Origin: Candidatus Gastranaerophilales bacterium
Lineage (GTDB): Bacteria; Cyanobacteriota; Vampirovibrionia; Gastranaerophilales; Gastranaerophilaceae
NCBI GenBank assembly: GCA_944325585.1
Contig: CALVAS010000001.1
Location: 7,283 to 71,282 of the forward strand
Direction of reading: 5' to 3'
Length of the DNA stretch: 64,000 bases
Part shown: positions 55,211 through 64,000 of the stretch, in pieces
Layout of the letters: each line of letters starts with the position of its first letter
Position numbering within the stretch: the stretch's first letter is position 1
Notes under the pieces: model-generated
Database searches by the model: none
What the model saw: the letters and a program-made list of their open reading frames with translations, nothing else
Told to the model about the DNA's origin: nothing
Translations under genes and position numbers: made by a program

Positions 55211-56563
55211 TTATTTAACAGGAATCAATTTGTATTTGCGAACCCCGATACCTAAATCAGCAGCGGCTTCAACAGTATGAATTCCATGTCTTGACTCCAT
55301 TCTTTCAATAAGAGCTTTTTTACCGGCATCGTTTGATTTATAAACTAAATCAACACAGGCCTGATCCAGAGCAACAGGATCATCTGAAGCTAAAATTCCA
55401 ATATCTGCGATTTCCGGTTTTGCCGGATTGTTGTTGCAGTCACAATCAACTGACATTCTTGTCATAACATTAATGAAGGTGATATTTCCTTTCATATAAT
55501 CCATAACTGATTTGTCTGCATCTGCCATTGATTCTAAAAATTTATCCTGTTCACATGTCCACATTTCTTCGGGTTTGCCTGCTCCGTGAATGTAGGCTTT
55601 GCCGTGAGATGACGCAATTCCGATTGACATGTTTTTCAATGCTCCGCCGAATCCGCCCATCTGATGACCTTTAAAGTGTGATAACACAAGCATGGAATCG
55701 TAATTTTTTAAATGCGAACCGACATAGTTAACTTTAATCTGTTTTCCGTCGGGAACCGGAAGTTCCATTTCGCCTTCTTCATCCATAATATCGACTTTTG
55801 CAATTTTATCAAATCCGTGTTCTTTGATAGCAAGTTTATGTTCCTCAGTTGTGTCTCTTCTTCCTTCATAAGCTGTGTTGCATTCAACAATAGTACCGTT
55901 TAAATGTTTGATAATCGGTTCGATAAATTCAGGTTGTAAAAAGTTATGTCCGCCGGGTTCACCTGAATGAACTTTTACTGCAACTTTTCCCTGAAGGTTT
56001 TTCCCTAAAGTTTTGTACATTTCAACAAGATTTTCAGAAGTTATTTCAGGCGTGAAATACACAACTGCCGTATCCGGATGTAATTTCTTGTAAATCAAAC
56101 CGTAAGCCTGAGCCGGATTTTCGGCATTTTTTGTCAACTCTTCAAACGGGCACAAGCCTGTTTTTGATTTGTTTTGAATTTCGTCAACAGTTTTTGCTGA
56201 ATCAAATTTGATTTTGTGTTCTTTCAAGATTTCTTTTGCCGGTTTTGAAATAGTGTCGGCGTAAACATAATCAGCGTTGCCGTAAACATATAAATATGCT
56301 GCCGCGCGTCCGACTACTTTATCAAAGACATATGCACCTTTAAAATCGCTTTTGTCCAGATAATTTACGAGCGGAACTAATCCGCGGCCGTCAAATGCAG
56401 TGGTTTCGCCGTCTTTGTAAACAACAAGAGACGAAGAATTCAATTTTTCAATAAGCATTGATTTTGTTTCTTTTGAAAGTTTTTCAGTTTTGCTGTAAGC
56501 GGGTAAAATCATAAACATAAATGCAGCAATACCCAGAACAGCGAGTTTCAAAAATTTTTTCAT
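55211..56563 (-). CDS. Exported fusion protein: DUF1893-like N-domain + DUF362-like C-domain
   Basis: Signal peptide. …FDKVVGRAAAYLYVYG… (DUF1893-like) and …HFKGHQMGGFGGALKNMSIG…DCDCNN… (DUF362-like). The domain names are from memory. Confidence 0.5.
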   Translation of the reverse strand: MKKFLKLAVLGIAAFMFMILPAYSKTEKLSKETKSMLIEKLNSSSLVVYKDGETTAFDGRGLVPLVNYLDKSDFKGAYVFDKVVGRAAAYLYVYGNADYVYADTISKPAKEILKEHKIKFDSAKTVDEIQNKSKTGLCPFEELTKNAENPAQAYGLIYKKLHPDTAVVYFTPEITSENLVEMYKTLGKNLQGKVAVKVHSGEPGGHNFLQPEFIEPIIKHLNGTIVECNTAYEGRRDTTEEHKLAIKEHGFDKIAKVDIMDEEGEMELPVPDGKQIKVNYVGSHLKNYDSMLVLSHFKGHQMGGFGGALKNMSIGIASSHGKAYIHGAGKPEEMWTCEQDKFLESMADADKSVMDYMKGNITFINVMTRMSVDCDCNNNPAKPEIADIGILASDDPVALDQACVDLVYKSNDAGKKALIERMESRHGIHTVEAAADLGIGVRKYKLIPVK

Positions 56564-56683
56564 AATATCCCCCCGTTTCTTATAGCATAAGTATATAACA
56601 AATATAATTATACAATACCATCAGAGGGCAAAGAAATTGTTAACGGAATTTTTAAATCGTTAAAAAAGTATTATAATAATTAT

Positions 56684-57679
56684 ATGAAGTATCAAAGAAA
56701 AAACGGTGATAAAATACAATGTCTTATCTGCCCGAGAAATTGTAATTTAAAAGAGGGTCAGGAAGGATTTTGTCATGTGCGCAGGAACGAAAACGGTGAG
56801 ATAAAATTAGTTTCATACGGTTATAATACGGGGCTTGCTATAGATCCGATTGAAAAGAAACCGTTGTATCAATTTTTTCCGTCGAGTTCCGTCCTGTCTT
56901 TCGGCACTCTCGGGTGCAATATGGGATGTCAATTCTGCCAGAACTGGAAAACAACAAAAAATAAAAGTGATTGTCATCTTTTAAATAGAACTTCTCCTGC
57001 TGAAATTGTTGAAATCGCACGGAAATACAATTGCAAAAGCGTGGCTTTTACATATAATGATCCGATTGTATTTTTTGAATATGCACTTGATACGGCAAAG
57101 TTGTGCCGTGAAGCGGGTATAAAAACGATTGCCGTGACATCAGGTTTTATAAATCCGGAGCCTGCCGCGGAATTTTTCAAACATATGGATGCGGCAAATA
57201 TAGATTTGAAAGGATTCAGTGAAAGTTTTTATAGGAAAAACTGTCTTGCAAGACTTGAGCCGGTGCTTGAAACTATAAAATATGTAAAAAACGAAACTGA
57301 TTGCTGGCTCGAACTTACAACAATGCTGATTGAAGGCGAAAACGATTCTGACAGTGAAATTAAAGCCGAATGCGAATGGATTTTAAAAAATTTGGGAGAT
57401 TGTGTGCCTCTTCATTTCAGCGCGTTTTTCCCTAACTATAAATTTATGAACAAAAAATCCACGGATTTTGCAACACTTTTGAAAGCATACAAAATTGCGC
57501 AGGAAACAGGGTTAAAATATGTTTATACAGGCAATCTTACAAATCAGGCAGTGTCGAGTACATATTGCAAAAATTGCGGCAAGCCGGTAATTGTAAGAAA
57601 CGGGTATCAATTGTTTGAATATAATTTACATGACGGCGGATGCGCTTTCTGTAATATCGAATGCGACGGAAGATTTTAA
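56684..57679 (+). CDS. AmmeMemoRadiSam-system-type radical SAM enzyme (PflA-like activase fold)
   Basis: CLICPRNCNLKEGQEGFCHVR…DPIEKKPLYQFFP…GCNMGCQFCQNW (CxxxCxxC). Confidence 0.75.
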   Translation: MKYQRKNGDKIQCLICPRNCNLKEGQEGFCHVRRNENGEIKLVSYGYNTGLAIDPIEKKPLYQFFPSSSVLSFGTLGCNMGCQFCQNWKTTKNKSDCHLLNRTSPAEIVEIARKYNCKSVAFTYNDPIVFFEYALDTAKLCREAGIKTIAVTSGFINPEPAAEFFKHMDAANIDLKGFSESFYRKNCLARLEPVLETIKYVKNETDCWLELTTMLIEGENDSDSEIKAECEWILKNLGDCVPLHFSAFFPNYKFMNKKSTDFATLLKAYKIAQETGLKYVYTGNLTNQAVSSTYCKNCGKPVIVRNGYQLFEYNLHDGGCAFCNIECDGRF

Positions 57680-58647
57680 TAATAATCATACCCCAGTTTA
57701 AACAGAAAATTGATTTTACTTCTCAATTTTTTTATCAAAACATAAGAAAACAAAAATTTAAAATTCGTAAAAAAGAATTCCATCTTGCTTAAAAAAGAAG
57801 GTGTTTTTAAAGCTGTTATATAAAGAAGAAATCCGTAATATTTGATTTTTTTATTTTTCAACTGTTTTTCAACTTCATTATAATAAATTTTAAACTGTTC
57901 ATCCGTCATGTATTTTAGGAATTTTTCTTTTAAAGAAAATACGTGTGGAAGTCCATAATAAAACAAATTGACATCTTCAAGTTTTTCAGAACAACGCCAG
58001 AATTCATAATCTTTAATTTTAAAAATACAGATATTTTTAAATCCGGCAGATTTCAAATCATTTTTCAACGTTTTTTCGTCAAAATTTGTCAAAGGATCAT
58101 AAAATTCATTCCGGACTTTATCTTCAACAGCTTTATAAAATTCGTAATTTTTTGTGATTTTCGGGTTTAAATAATCATAAATTCTAAAAGTTTTATCATA
58201 AAATATTACATCAAAAAGCGAAATTTGACTGTCTTTTTTTAGAATTCTGTAATATTCGTTTAAAACATTTTGTTTATTTACACAATACATCGTGACAGCA
58301 CGTTCAAGAATTCTATCCGCAGAACAGTCTTCAAGAGGTATTTTTTCATCTATAGCTGCCTCAATCAGTTTATAATTTTCTCGGATATTATTTTTTTCAA
58401 TGATTTCCCTGCAGTAATTAAGGCACTCTTTATCTTTGTCAATTGCGATAACATTTAAATTTTTAAACTTCTTAAAAACTCGGAAACCTATAAGTCCCAG
58501 CCCTGTACCTGCATCCACAACAGTTAAATTATCTTTGATTCTTCCCAGAAAGATAATTCTGTCCGCAAGTTTGTCAAGATAAGTTTTGGCTTCATCATAT
58601 ATTGGTTTAAGCCAGTTTTTCCAGCTCTCTTTGTATCCTTCTTCCAT
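57676..58647 (-). CDS. Class I SAM-dependent methyltransferase
   Basis: VVDAGTGLGLIG motif I. Convergent with the radical SAM gene, overlapping its stop by 4 nt. Confidence 0.65.
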   Translation of the reverse strand: MEEGYKESWKNWLKPIYDEAKTYLDKLADRIIFLGRIKDNLTVVDAGTGLGLIGFRVFKKFKNLNVIAIDKDKECLNYCREIIEKNNIRENYKLIEAAIDEKIPLEDCSADRILERAVTMYCVNKQNVLNEYYRILKKDSQISLFDVIFYDKTFRIYDYLNPKITKNYEFYKAVEDKVRNEFYDPLTNFDEKTLKNDLKSAGFKNICIFKIKDYEFWRCSEKLEDVNLFYYGLPHVFSLKEKFLKYMTDEQFKIYYNEVEKQLKNKKIKYYGFLLYITALKTPSFLSKMEFFFTNFKFLFSYVLIKKLRSKINFLFKLGYDYY

Positions 58648-58717
58648 ATATTAATTATATCTTTTTTATTTAAAAAATCAACTTTACTTTTTCACTGAAA
58701 AATGCCATAATTCCTTT

Positions 58718-59614
58718 ATGCAAAATGTCTTTGAAAAAAAACTTGCGGCAGGACTTTCAATCGGTTCAAATGCTGCGATTATTATTTTAAAACTGGCTGC
58801 CGGAATTGTTTCGGGAAGTATCAGTATAATCTCTGAGGCGATTCATTCTCTGAGCGATTTTCTTGCATCAGTTCTTACTTTCTTCGCGGTTATGAAATCG
58901 TCCGAGCCTGCCGATAAAGAACATCCTTTCGGACATGGAAGATACGAAGATATGTCAGGCTTTATTGAAGGCGGTTTAATTGTTTTTGCCGCATTTTTCA
59001 TAATTTTCGAGGCAGGGAAAAAATTGATTTTCGGCGTTTCCATGGAAAACGAATCTTTTTTGGGAATTTCTGTTATGGCAATTGCGGTTGTTTCAAATTT
59101 TCTGGTAAGTTCTTATCTTTTCAGGGTCGCAAAAAAAACAAATTCAATTTCTCTTTATGCAGACGGCGAACATTTGAGAACGGATATCTGGTCTTCTCTC
59201 GGCGTTCTGATAGGGTTGATTCTGATTAAAATTATCGGTCTTATTATTCTTGACCCGATAATTGCGATTGTCGTTGCACTTTTTATATTAAAAACAGGTT
59301 TTTCAATTTCAAAAACCACTCTCAACAATCTTCTTGACGGTTCTTTGCCGCAGGAGGATTTGAATAAAATAGAAAATATAATAACAAAATATATGAATCA
59401 GGACGGAATTCTGGGCTACAAATCTTTGAAAGCCAGAAGCGCCGGCCCCGAAAAACAAATCGAAATGACGCTTTTGTTTCCCAAGCATATGACAATTGAA
59501 ATTTGCCACAATATCTGTGATGAACTTGAGGATAAAATCAGAAATGAACTCGGAATTTGCAACATTTCAATCCATGCAGAACCTGAATGCGAAAAATGTT
59601 TAAAAAGACTGTAA
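58718..59614 (+). CDS. Cation diffusion facilitator (CDF) family metal efflux transporter
   Basis: …SEAIHSLSDFLAS…HPFGHGRYE…, six TM segments and a cytoplasmic C-domain. Confidence 0.8.
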   Translation: MQNVFEKKLAAGLSIGSNAAIIILKLAAGIVSGSISIISEAIHSLSDFLASVLTFFAVMKSSEPADKEHPFGHGRYEDMSGFIEGGLIVFAAFFIIFEAGKKLIFGVSMENESFLGISVMAIAVVSNFLVSSYLFRVAKKTNSISLYADGEHLRTDIWSSLGVLIGLILIKIIGLIILDPIIAIVVALFILKTGFSISKTTLNNLLDGSLPQEDLNKIENIITKYMNQDGILGYKSLKARSAGPEKQIEMTLLFPKHMTIEICHNICDELEDKIRNELGICNISIHAEPECEKCLKRL

Positions 59615-59672
59615 GTTTTTACAATTATGAGTTATCATGTAATTAAAGACATTTGATAAAGGGTTTATAAAA

Positions 59673-60479
59673 ATGAAATCAGTTAAAGAAGTTGCTCTGG
59701 AATCTAAAATTATAAAACGACTTGAAAAAAGTCCGGTTTGTCTGGAACTTGTCAATTATCTTTTTGCGGACGAAGAATTGCAGGAGATGCAGGAGTATGC
59801 AAACAATGTTTCGATAAAACGACTGGGTTATAACGATCACGGGCCTGTGCATATGCGTCAGGTTGTGGGTAATGCCATAAAAATGCTGAATATTTTGCAG
59901 GATTCCGGCATTAAAACCTCGCTTGAGGCAGAAGAAATCGGAACATTTGAAGACAGTATGTGCGCTGTCATTCTGGCGGGTTTAATGCACGATCTAGGAA
60001 TGATGATAGGACGTCAGGGACATGAAGATATGTCCGTAATTCTTGCCAAACCGATAATTGAACGGGCTTTGATACATATTTTACCTGAGGATTTGCATCG
60101 TCGTGTTGTAATAAAATCTCTTGCAATCGAGGCGATAATCGGGCATATGTCTTCTAAAAAAATTCACTCTATTGAAGCCGGAATTATACTGATTGCGGAC
60201 GGCTGTGATATGACAAAAGGCCGTGCAAGGATTCCGCTTTCGATTAATACAACGCCGAAAGTCGGAGATATTCACAAATATTCTGCAAACGCAATAAATC
60301 GTATAGGAATTCATCACGGAGAAAGAAAACCGATTAAAATTGATATTGAAATGTCGGGTGATGTAGGGTTTTTCCAGATTGAAGAAGTCCTTTTGACAAA
60401 AATTGATTCAAGTCCGGCAAAACAATATGTAGAACTTTATGCGGGCGTTGAAGGACAGGAACGTAAATGTTATTTATAG
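59673..60479 (+). CDS. HD-domain phosphohydrolase
   Basis: …HGPVHMRQV… and …AGLMHDLGM…. Confidence 0.65.
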   Translation: MKSVKEVALESKIIKRLEKSPVCLELVNYLFADEELQEMQEYANNVSIKRLGYNDHGPVHMRQVVGNAIKMLNILQDSGIKTSLEAEEIGTFEDSMCAVILAGLMHDLGMMIGRQGHEDMSVILAKPIIERALIHILPEDLHRRVVIKSLAIEAIIGHMSSKKIHSIEAGIILIADGCDMTKGRARIPLSINTTPKVGDIHKYSANAINRIGIHHGERKPIKIDIEMSGDVGFFQIEEVLLTKIDSSPAKQYVELYAGVEGQERKCYL

Positions 60480-60489
60480 CGTGAAATCA

Positions 60490-60987
60490 ATGAACATAAT
60501 TTTGCGGGCAGAAAAAGAAATTGATAAAGATGAAATTTTTAAAGTAAATCAACTTGCGTTTAATCGGAACGCAGAGGCAAATCTCGTTAATCTTATAAGA
60601 GATTCTGATGCGGAATATTTTTCCTGCGTTGCACTTTTCAGGGATAAAATAATTGCGCATATAATGTATTCAACGGTTTATATTGACAATGTTCCCGCAG
60701 GATTGGGGCTTGCACCTGTTGCTGTTCTGCCTGAATATCAAAATAGAGGCATTGGAACAAAACTTATTAAGTTTACGTTGAATGAACTTAAAAAGTGCAA
60801 TTTAATTGTTGTTCTGGGTGACGACAAGTTCTATTCTCGTTTCGGGTTTAAACCTGCGTCCAATTTCGGATTAAAATCAACTTATGATGTGCCTGAGCAA
60901 TATTTTATGGCAATTTCGTCCGGAAATTCAAAATGGCAGAATAAAATTGTTAATTATCATCCTGTTTTTAAAACTTTGGATGAATGA
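60490..60987 (+). CDS. GNAT-family N-acetyltransferase (YhbS-like)
   Basis: …LAPVAVLPEYQNRGIGTKLIK…FYSRFGFKP. Start trimmed to ATG 60490. Confidence 0.75.
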   Translation: MNIILRAEKEIDKDEIFKVNQLAFNRNAEANLVNLIRDSDAEYFSCVALFRDKIIAHIMYSTVYIDNVPAGLGLAPVAVLPEYQNRGIGTKLIKFTLNELKKCNLIVVLGDDKFYSRFGFKPASNFGLKSTYDVPEQYFMAISSGNSKWQNKIVNYHPVFKTLDE

Positions 60988-61018
60988 AAAAAATGAGTGT
61001 TTTTTAAGGGAATATTGT

Positions 61019-61495
61019 TTAACCTGTAATTTCTGCAAGCTGAAACCGGATTACTCTAGAGAGTTCATCAAGGCTCATTTCGACCTGATAGCCGATTTTG
61101 CCCGCGCTGAAAATAATTGTATCAAAATTTTTTGCGGATATGTCGATTGTTGTGTCAAAGAATTTCTTCATCCCTATCGGAGAACATCCGCCATGAATAT
61201 AACCGGTAACAGGCAAAAGCTCTTTGGATTTAATCATTTCAACTGATTTTTCACCAACGGCGTGTGCTGCTTTTTTTAAATCCAATTCTTTTTCTACGGG
61301 CACCATGAAAACATAATATTTTTTTGATTTTGAAACTGTTACAAGAGTTTTGAAAACCTGTTCCGGATTTTGCCCCAGAACATTTGCAACCTCAACCCCG
61401 CTTACGGCATTGGTTTCCGCATATGTATAGTGTTTATAATTTATTTTATGCTTATCAAGCATTCTCATAACATTTGTTTTAAATTCCATATTCAC
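61019..61495 (-). CDS. ybaK: Cys-tRNA(Pro)/Cys-tRNA(Cys) deacylase YbaK/EbsC
   Basis: …TNVMRMLDKHKINY…FKTLV…GYIHGGCSPIGMKK…. Confidence 0.8.
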   Translation of the reverse strand: MNMEFKTNVMRMLDKHKINYKHYTYAETNAVSGVEVANVLGQNPEQVFKTLVTVSKSKKYYVFMVPVEKELDLKKAAHAVGEKSVEMIKSKELLPVTGYIHGGCSPIGMKKFFDTTIDISAKNFDTIIFSAGKIGYQVEMSLDELSRVIRFQLAEITG

Positions 61496-61536
61496 ATCTC
61501 TTTCAACAATAAATTATCATAAAAAAACAGAAAAAC

Positions 61537-61567
61537 TTGACTTGGAGTTGACTCTAAATGTTAAGAT
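61537..61567 (+). promoter_or_regulatory. MerR-type promoter with 19-bp spacer and internal dyad
   Basis: TTGACT (61537..61542), a 19-nt spacer containing TTGGAGT-tg-ACTCTAA, then TAAGAT (61562..61567). Confidence 0.55.
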
Positions 61568-61592
61568 TTTAAATGAAGATGGAGATTTATAT

Positions 61593-61976
61593 ATGAAAAT
61601 TTCGGAAGTAAGCAAAAAATACGATTTGCCGGTTGATACGCTGAGATATTACGAAAAAATGGGGCTTTTGCCAAATGTAAAAAAGAATTCAAGCGGGATA
61701 AGGGATTATTCGGAGAAGGATTGCAGCTGGGTTGCATTTATAAAATGTATGCGCGGAGCAGGGCTTTCAATCGAGATTTTAAAAAATTACATAGACCTTT
61801 GCAATCAGGGAGATGAAACAATTGAAAAAAGACGTGAAATTTTGATTGAAGAGAGAAGAAAATTGGTTGAAAAACGCGAAGCCATACAAAGCACTATTGA
61901 CAAACTTGACTATAAAATAGATATTTATTATCAAACGCTTTGTAAAAAAGAAAAGGAACTTGTAAAAGGAGAGTGA
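61593..61976 (+). CDS. MerR-family regulator, NmlR/AdhR-like
   Basis: MKISEVSKKYDLPVDTLRYYEKMGLL, with a conserved Cys in …DCSWVAFIKCMRGAGLSI…. Confidence 0.75.
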   Translation: MKISEVSKKYDLPVDTLRYYEKMGLLPNVKKNSSGIRDYSEKDCSWVAFIKCMRGAGLSIEILKNYIDLCNQGDETIEKRREILIEERRKLVEKREAIQSTIDKLDYKIDIYYQTLCKKEKELVKGE

Positions 61977-61979
61977 TTT

Positions 61980-62696
61980 GTGAAAAAGTTATTATTAATT
62001 TTTACGGCAATTGTAATGACCGTATTCGGGACGGTATTAAGAGCGGAGGCAGAAGATATGGGAAAATTAACCGTTAGAGAACAAAATATTTCAAGAATTG
62101 CTTCATTAACTGCCACGGGAGATTTGGACAATCTTGAAAAGGCATTGAACAAGGGGCTTGATGAGGGTCTTACGGTAAACGAAGTAAAAGAAGTTCTCAT
62201 TCAGATGTACGCATATGTTGGATTTCCGCGGAGTTTGAACGGAATAAATACTGCGCTTAAGGTTACGGAAGAGCGTAAAGCAAAAGGAATTAATGATGTA
62301 ATCGGGCCGGAGCCTGAAACTGTTCCGTCAGAAAACAAATATGATGTAGGAAAGGCTAATGTAGACAAACTTTTCGGCGGAAGTTCCGCAAAAGCTCCGT
62401 ATGAAATTTTTGCGCCTGCGATAGGCACGTTTTTAAAAGAGCATTTGTTCTGTGATATTTTTGAGCGCGGTGTTTTAAGTTATAAAGACCGTGAAATTGC
62501 AACGGTTTCTGCGCTTGCATCAATAGAAGGTGTTAATCCGCAGCTTCAGGGGCATATTAACGGTGCATTAAATACAGGCGTTACAGAAGATGAAGCATTT
62601 GAAATTATTGAAATCATAAAACAAAATGCCGGAAAAGACAGGGCAAAAAATGCGGAGAAAGTTTTGAAATCAGTGATTGAATCACGTAAAAAATAA
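61980..62696 (+). CDS. Carboxymuconolactone decarboxylase (AhpD-like) family protein with signal peptide
   Basis: Two CMD-like halves (…LIQMYAYVGFPRSLN… / …REIATVSALASIEG…). GTG start. Confidence 0.6.
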   Translation: MKKLLLIFTAIVMTVFGTVLRAEAEDMGKLTVREQNISRIASLTATGDLDNLEKALNKGLDEGLTVNEVKEVLIQMYAYVGFPRSLNGINTALKVTEERKAKGINDVIGPEPETVPSENKYDVGKANVDKLFGGSSAKAPYEIFAPAIGTFLKEHLFCDIFERGVLSYKDREIATVSALASIEGVNPQLQGHINGALNTGVTEDEAFEIIEIIKQNAGKDRAKNAEKVLKSVIESRKK

Positions 62697-62720
62697 AATT
62701 TATTAAATATATTAAGTCTA

Positions 62721-62750
62721 AAAAATTCGGTCTTATGACCGAATTTTTGT
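62721..62750 (+). terminator. Intrinsic terminator
   Basis: AAAAATTCGGTC-ttat-GACCGAATTTTT. Confidence 0.75.
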
Positions 62751-62889
62751 TTATATATCGGTGCAATTCCGCAAGCCTTCAAGGGCGGCCGGCAAATGCC
62801 AGAAAATCTTTGCAAAAATTTACAAAAATAAAAAGGCAAAAAAATAAATTTTCGGATTTATATTCTAATATTCAAATATGGAGGACTGA

Positions 62890-63483
62890 ATGCAAGTTAA
62901 TTTTACAGGAATAAAAAATGTCGGATATGAGCATGCTTATTACGCTTCTCAGGAAAAACGTGCAGATAATATACTCGCAGGGGATACCCAGTGGTTAAAT
63001 ATTCAATTAACAGACGACTACAACGGCAAACATTTAACAGGATTTAAAAAGGCTCTTGAAAAATCGGGATTGTCTTATTCTGATTACAGAAACCCTGTTA
63101 ATAAAGATTTTTTAAATCTTGCTATAGATATGGAAGTTTATGATGACGACGGCGACGGAGAAGTTGAACAGCAGTTTATATTAAATGATATGCCTTTACG
63201 GGTAAATGATGAAACTTTGCCTATGTTTTCATTTCTGGCAAAACTGCTCAACGAAATTATTCACAAGCCTTCAAAAGAATTTGTTGTGAACAAGGATTAT
63301 TTGGACAGTGATGATGTAAATAACGGACTTGCTTTAAGTGTAAATATGGAAGAAATATTTGAAGAAGATTATGATGATGTAATCAGAGAAGCGCACGAGC
63401 CTTCTGTTGTAAAAGACGGCGCCGAGTGTATGCATAATGTGATTATGGAGACAATGGAAGATTATTTTACGGTTAATGCATAA
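62890..63483 (+). CDS. Hypothetical acidic protein (197 aa)
   Basis: GGAGG SD before the ATG; no motif recognised. Confidence 0.45.
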   Translation: MQVNFTGIKNVGYEHAYYASQEKRADNILAGDTQWLNIQLTDDYNGKHLTGFKKALEKSGLSYSDYRNPVNKDFLNLAIDMEVYDDDGDGEVEQQFILNDMPLRVNDETLPMFSFLAKLLNEIIHKPSKEFVVNKDYLDSDDVNNGLALSVNMEEIFEEDYDDVIREAHEPSVVKDGAECMHNVIMETMEDYFTVNA

Positions 63484-63499
63484 AAAGGTATAAATAAAC

Positions 63500-63534
63500 A
63501 CAACGAGGCGCCGGCTCTGCCGGCGCCTCGTTGT
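63500..63534. terminator. 16-bp GC-rich hairpin between convergent genes
   Basis: ACAACGAGGCGCCGGC-tct-GCCGGCGCCTCGTTGT. Confidence 0.6.
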
Positions 63535-63539
63535 TCGGA

Positions 63540-64000
63540 TTAAACCCCGATATCCCGAAGCCTTTTGCCGTCCATAAGATTTTTTTCGATATTTTCAAGC
63601 GAAATGCCTTTGGTTTCCGGAATTAATAAAACAGTCAGAATAACAAATAGAATATTCATACCCGTATAAATCCAGAAAGTTACGGCAATACCAAATGTAT
63701 TAATTAATGTCAGGAAAGTAGCTCCGATAATCATATTAACAATCCAGTTGGTAGTTGTTGAACAAGCTACACCAAAATCACGGCTTTTAAGCGGTTGAAT
63801 TTCGGAGCATAAAATCCAGACAACAGGCCCTGCGCTCATTGCAAAACTTGCAATAGTAAATAACGTCATTAAAATGGCGAAAATCGAAATCCAAAGAGCG
63901 CTGAATCCCGCATTAATCATATATAAACAAACACCCAGCAAGAACGTGCCGATTGCAATTCCCGCAAACCCTATTTTTAAAACAGGTTTTCTGCCCTGTT
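63540..64000 (-). CDS. MFS sugar-porter family transporter, C-terminal part (gene continues beyond the window)
   Basis: …[19 protein letters not shown]… and …LIPETKG… sugar-transporter signatures. Confidence 0.75.
   Translation of the reverse strand, partial: QGRKPVLKIGFAGIAIGTFLLGVCLYMINAGFSALWISIFAILMTLFTIASFAMSAGPVVWILCSEIQPLKSRDFGVACSTTTNWIVNMIIGATFLTLINTFGIAVTFWIYTGMNILFVILTVLLIPETKGISLENIEKNLMDGKRLRDIGV

Noticed and set aside
1-64000. Looked for CRISPR arrays, rRNA genes, transposases and integrases. Also reviewed the many 60-170-aa track ORFs lying antisense within or overlapping large genes (e.g. 1934..2149, 5685..6191, 6493..6900, 12570..13016, 20595..21011, 30234..30608, 39220..39570, 49017..49361).
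   Set aside because: I saw no spaced direct-repeat arrays, rRNA signatures or recombinase motifs. The overlapping ORFs have biased antisense-frame composition and no SD. Each is explained by the confidently assigned gene on the other strand or frame.

Overview
This is a 64-kb chromosomal window from a low-GC bacterium (roughly mid-30s % GC by eye). A TolC-type gene fragment and a class A PBP suggest a diderm. The tmRNA tag begins ANN, as in cyanobacterial tags, and there are FTLSEVLITLGIIGVV-type pilin-like genes. Together these are compatible with a non-photosynthetic cyanobacterial relative (Melainabacteria-like), but that placement is only an inference.

Most genes are housekeeping: pcrA, ffh, dapF, rpsF-ssb-rpsR, a class A PBP, hpf, ribE-ribBA, tpiA, yceD-rpmF-plsX-fabHDG-acpP-fabF, cca, tRNA-Ser(UGA) and tmRNA. 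Accessory content includes:
- a guanidine-I riboswitch controlling a Gdx/SugE exporter;
- a MarR-EmrAB efflux operon;
- a TetR gene followed by a truncated TolC-like gene;
- a 1044-aa DUF4011-type SF1 helicase with a C-terminal DUF559/Vsr-like domain (Hhe-like defence candidate);
- a frameshifted M23 peptidase gene.

The most interesting signal lies in intergenic space. Three paralogous loci (about 666-929, 36732-36996 and 46955-47183) each carry a 23-24 codon hydrophobic mini-ORF below the ORF-track cutoff. Each mini-ORF sits behind a strong Shine-Dalgarno that a 5'-UTR anti-SD can sequester. Each is opposed by a convergent roughly 100-nt antisense RNA with a near-consensus promoter and its own terminator. 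This is a type I toxin-antitoxin-like architecture, with locus-specific compensatory repeats.

I saw no rRNA, CRISPR array, transposase or integrase. All calls come from reading the sequence and recalling motifs. No database search was run.
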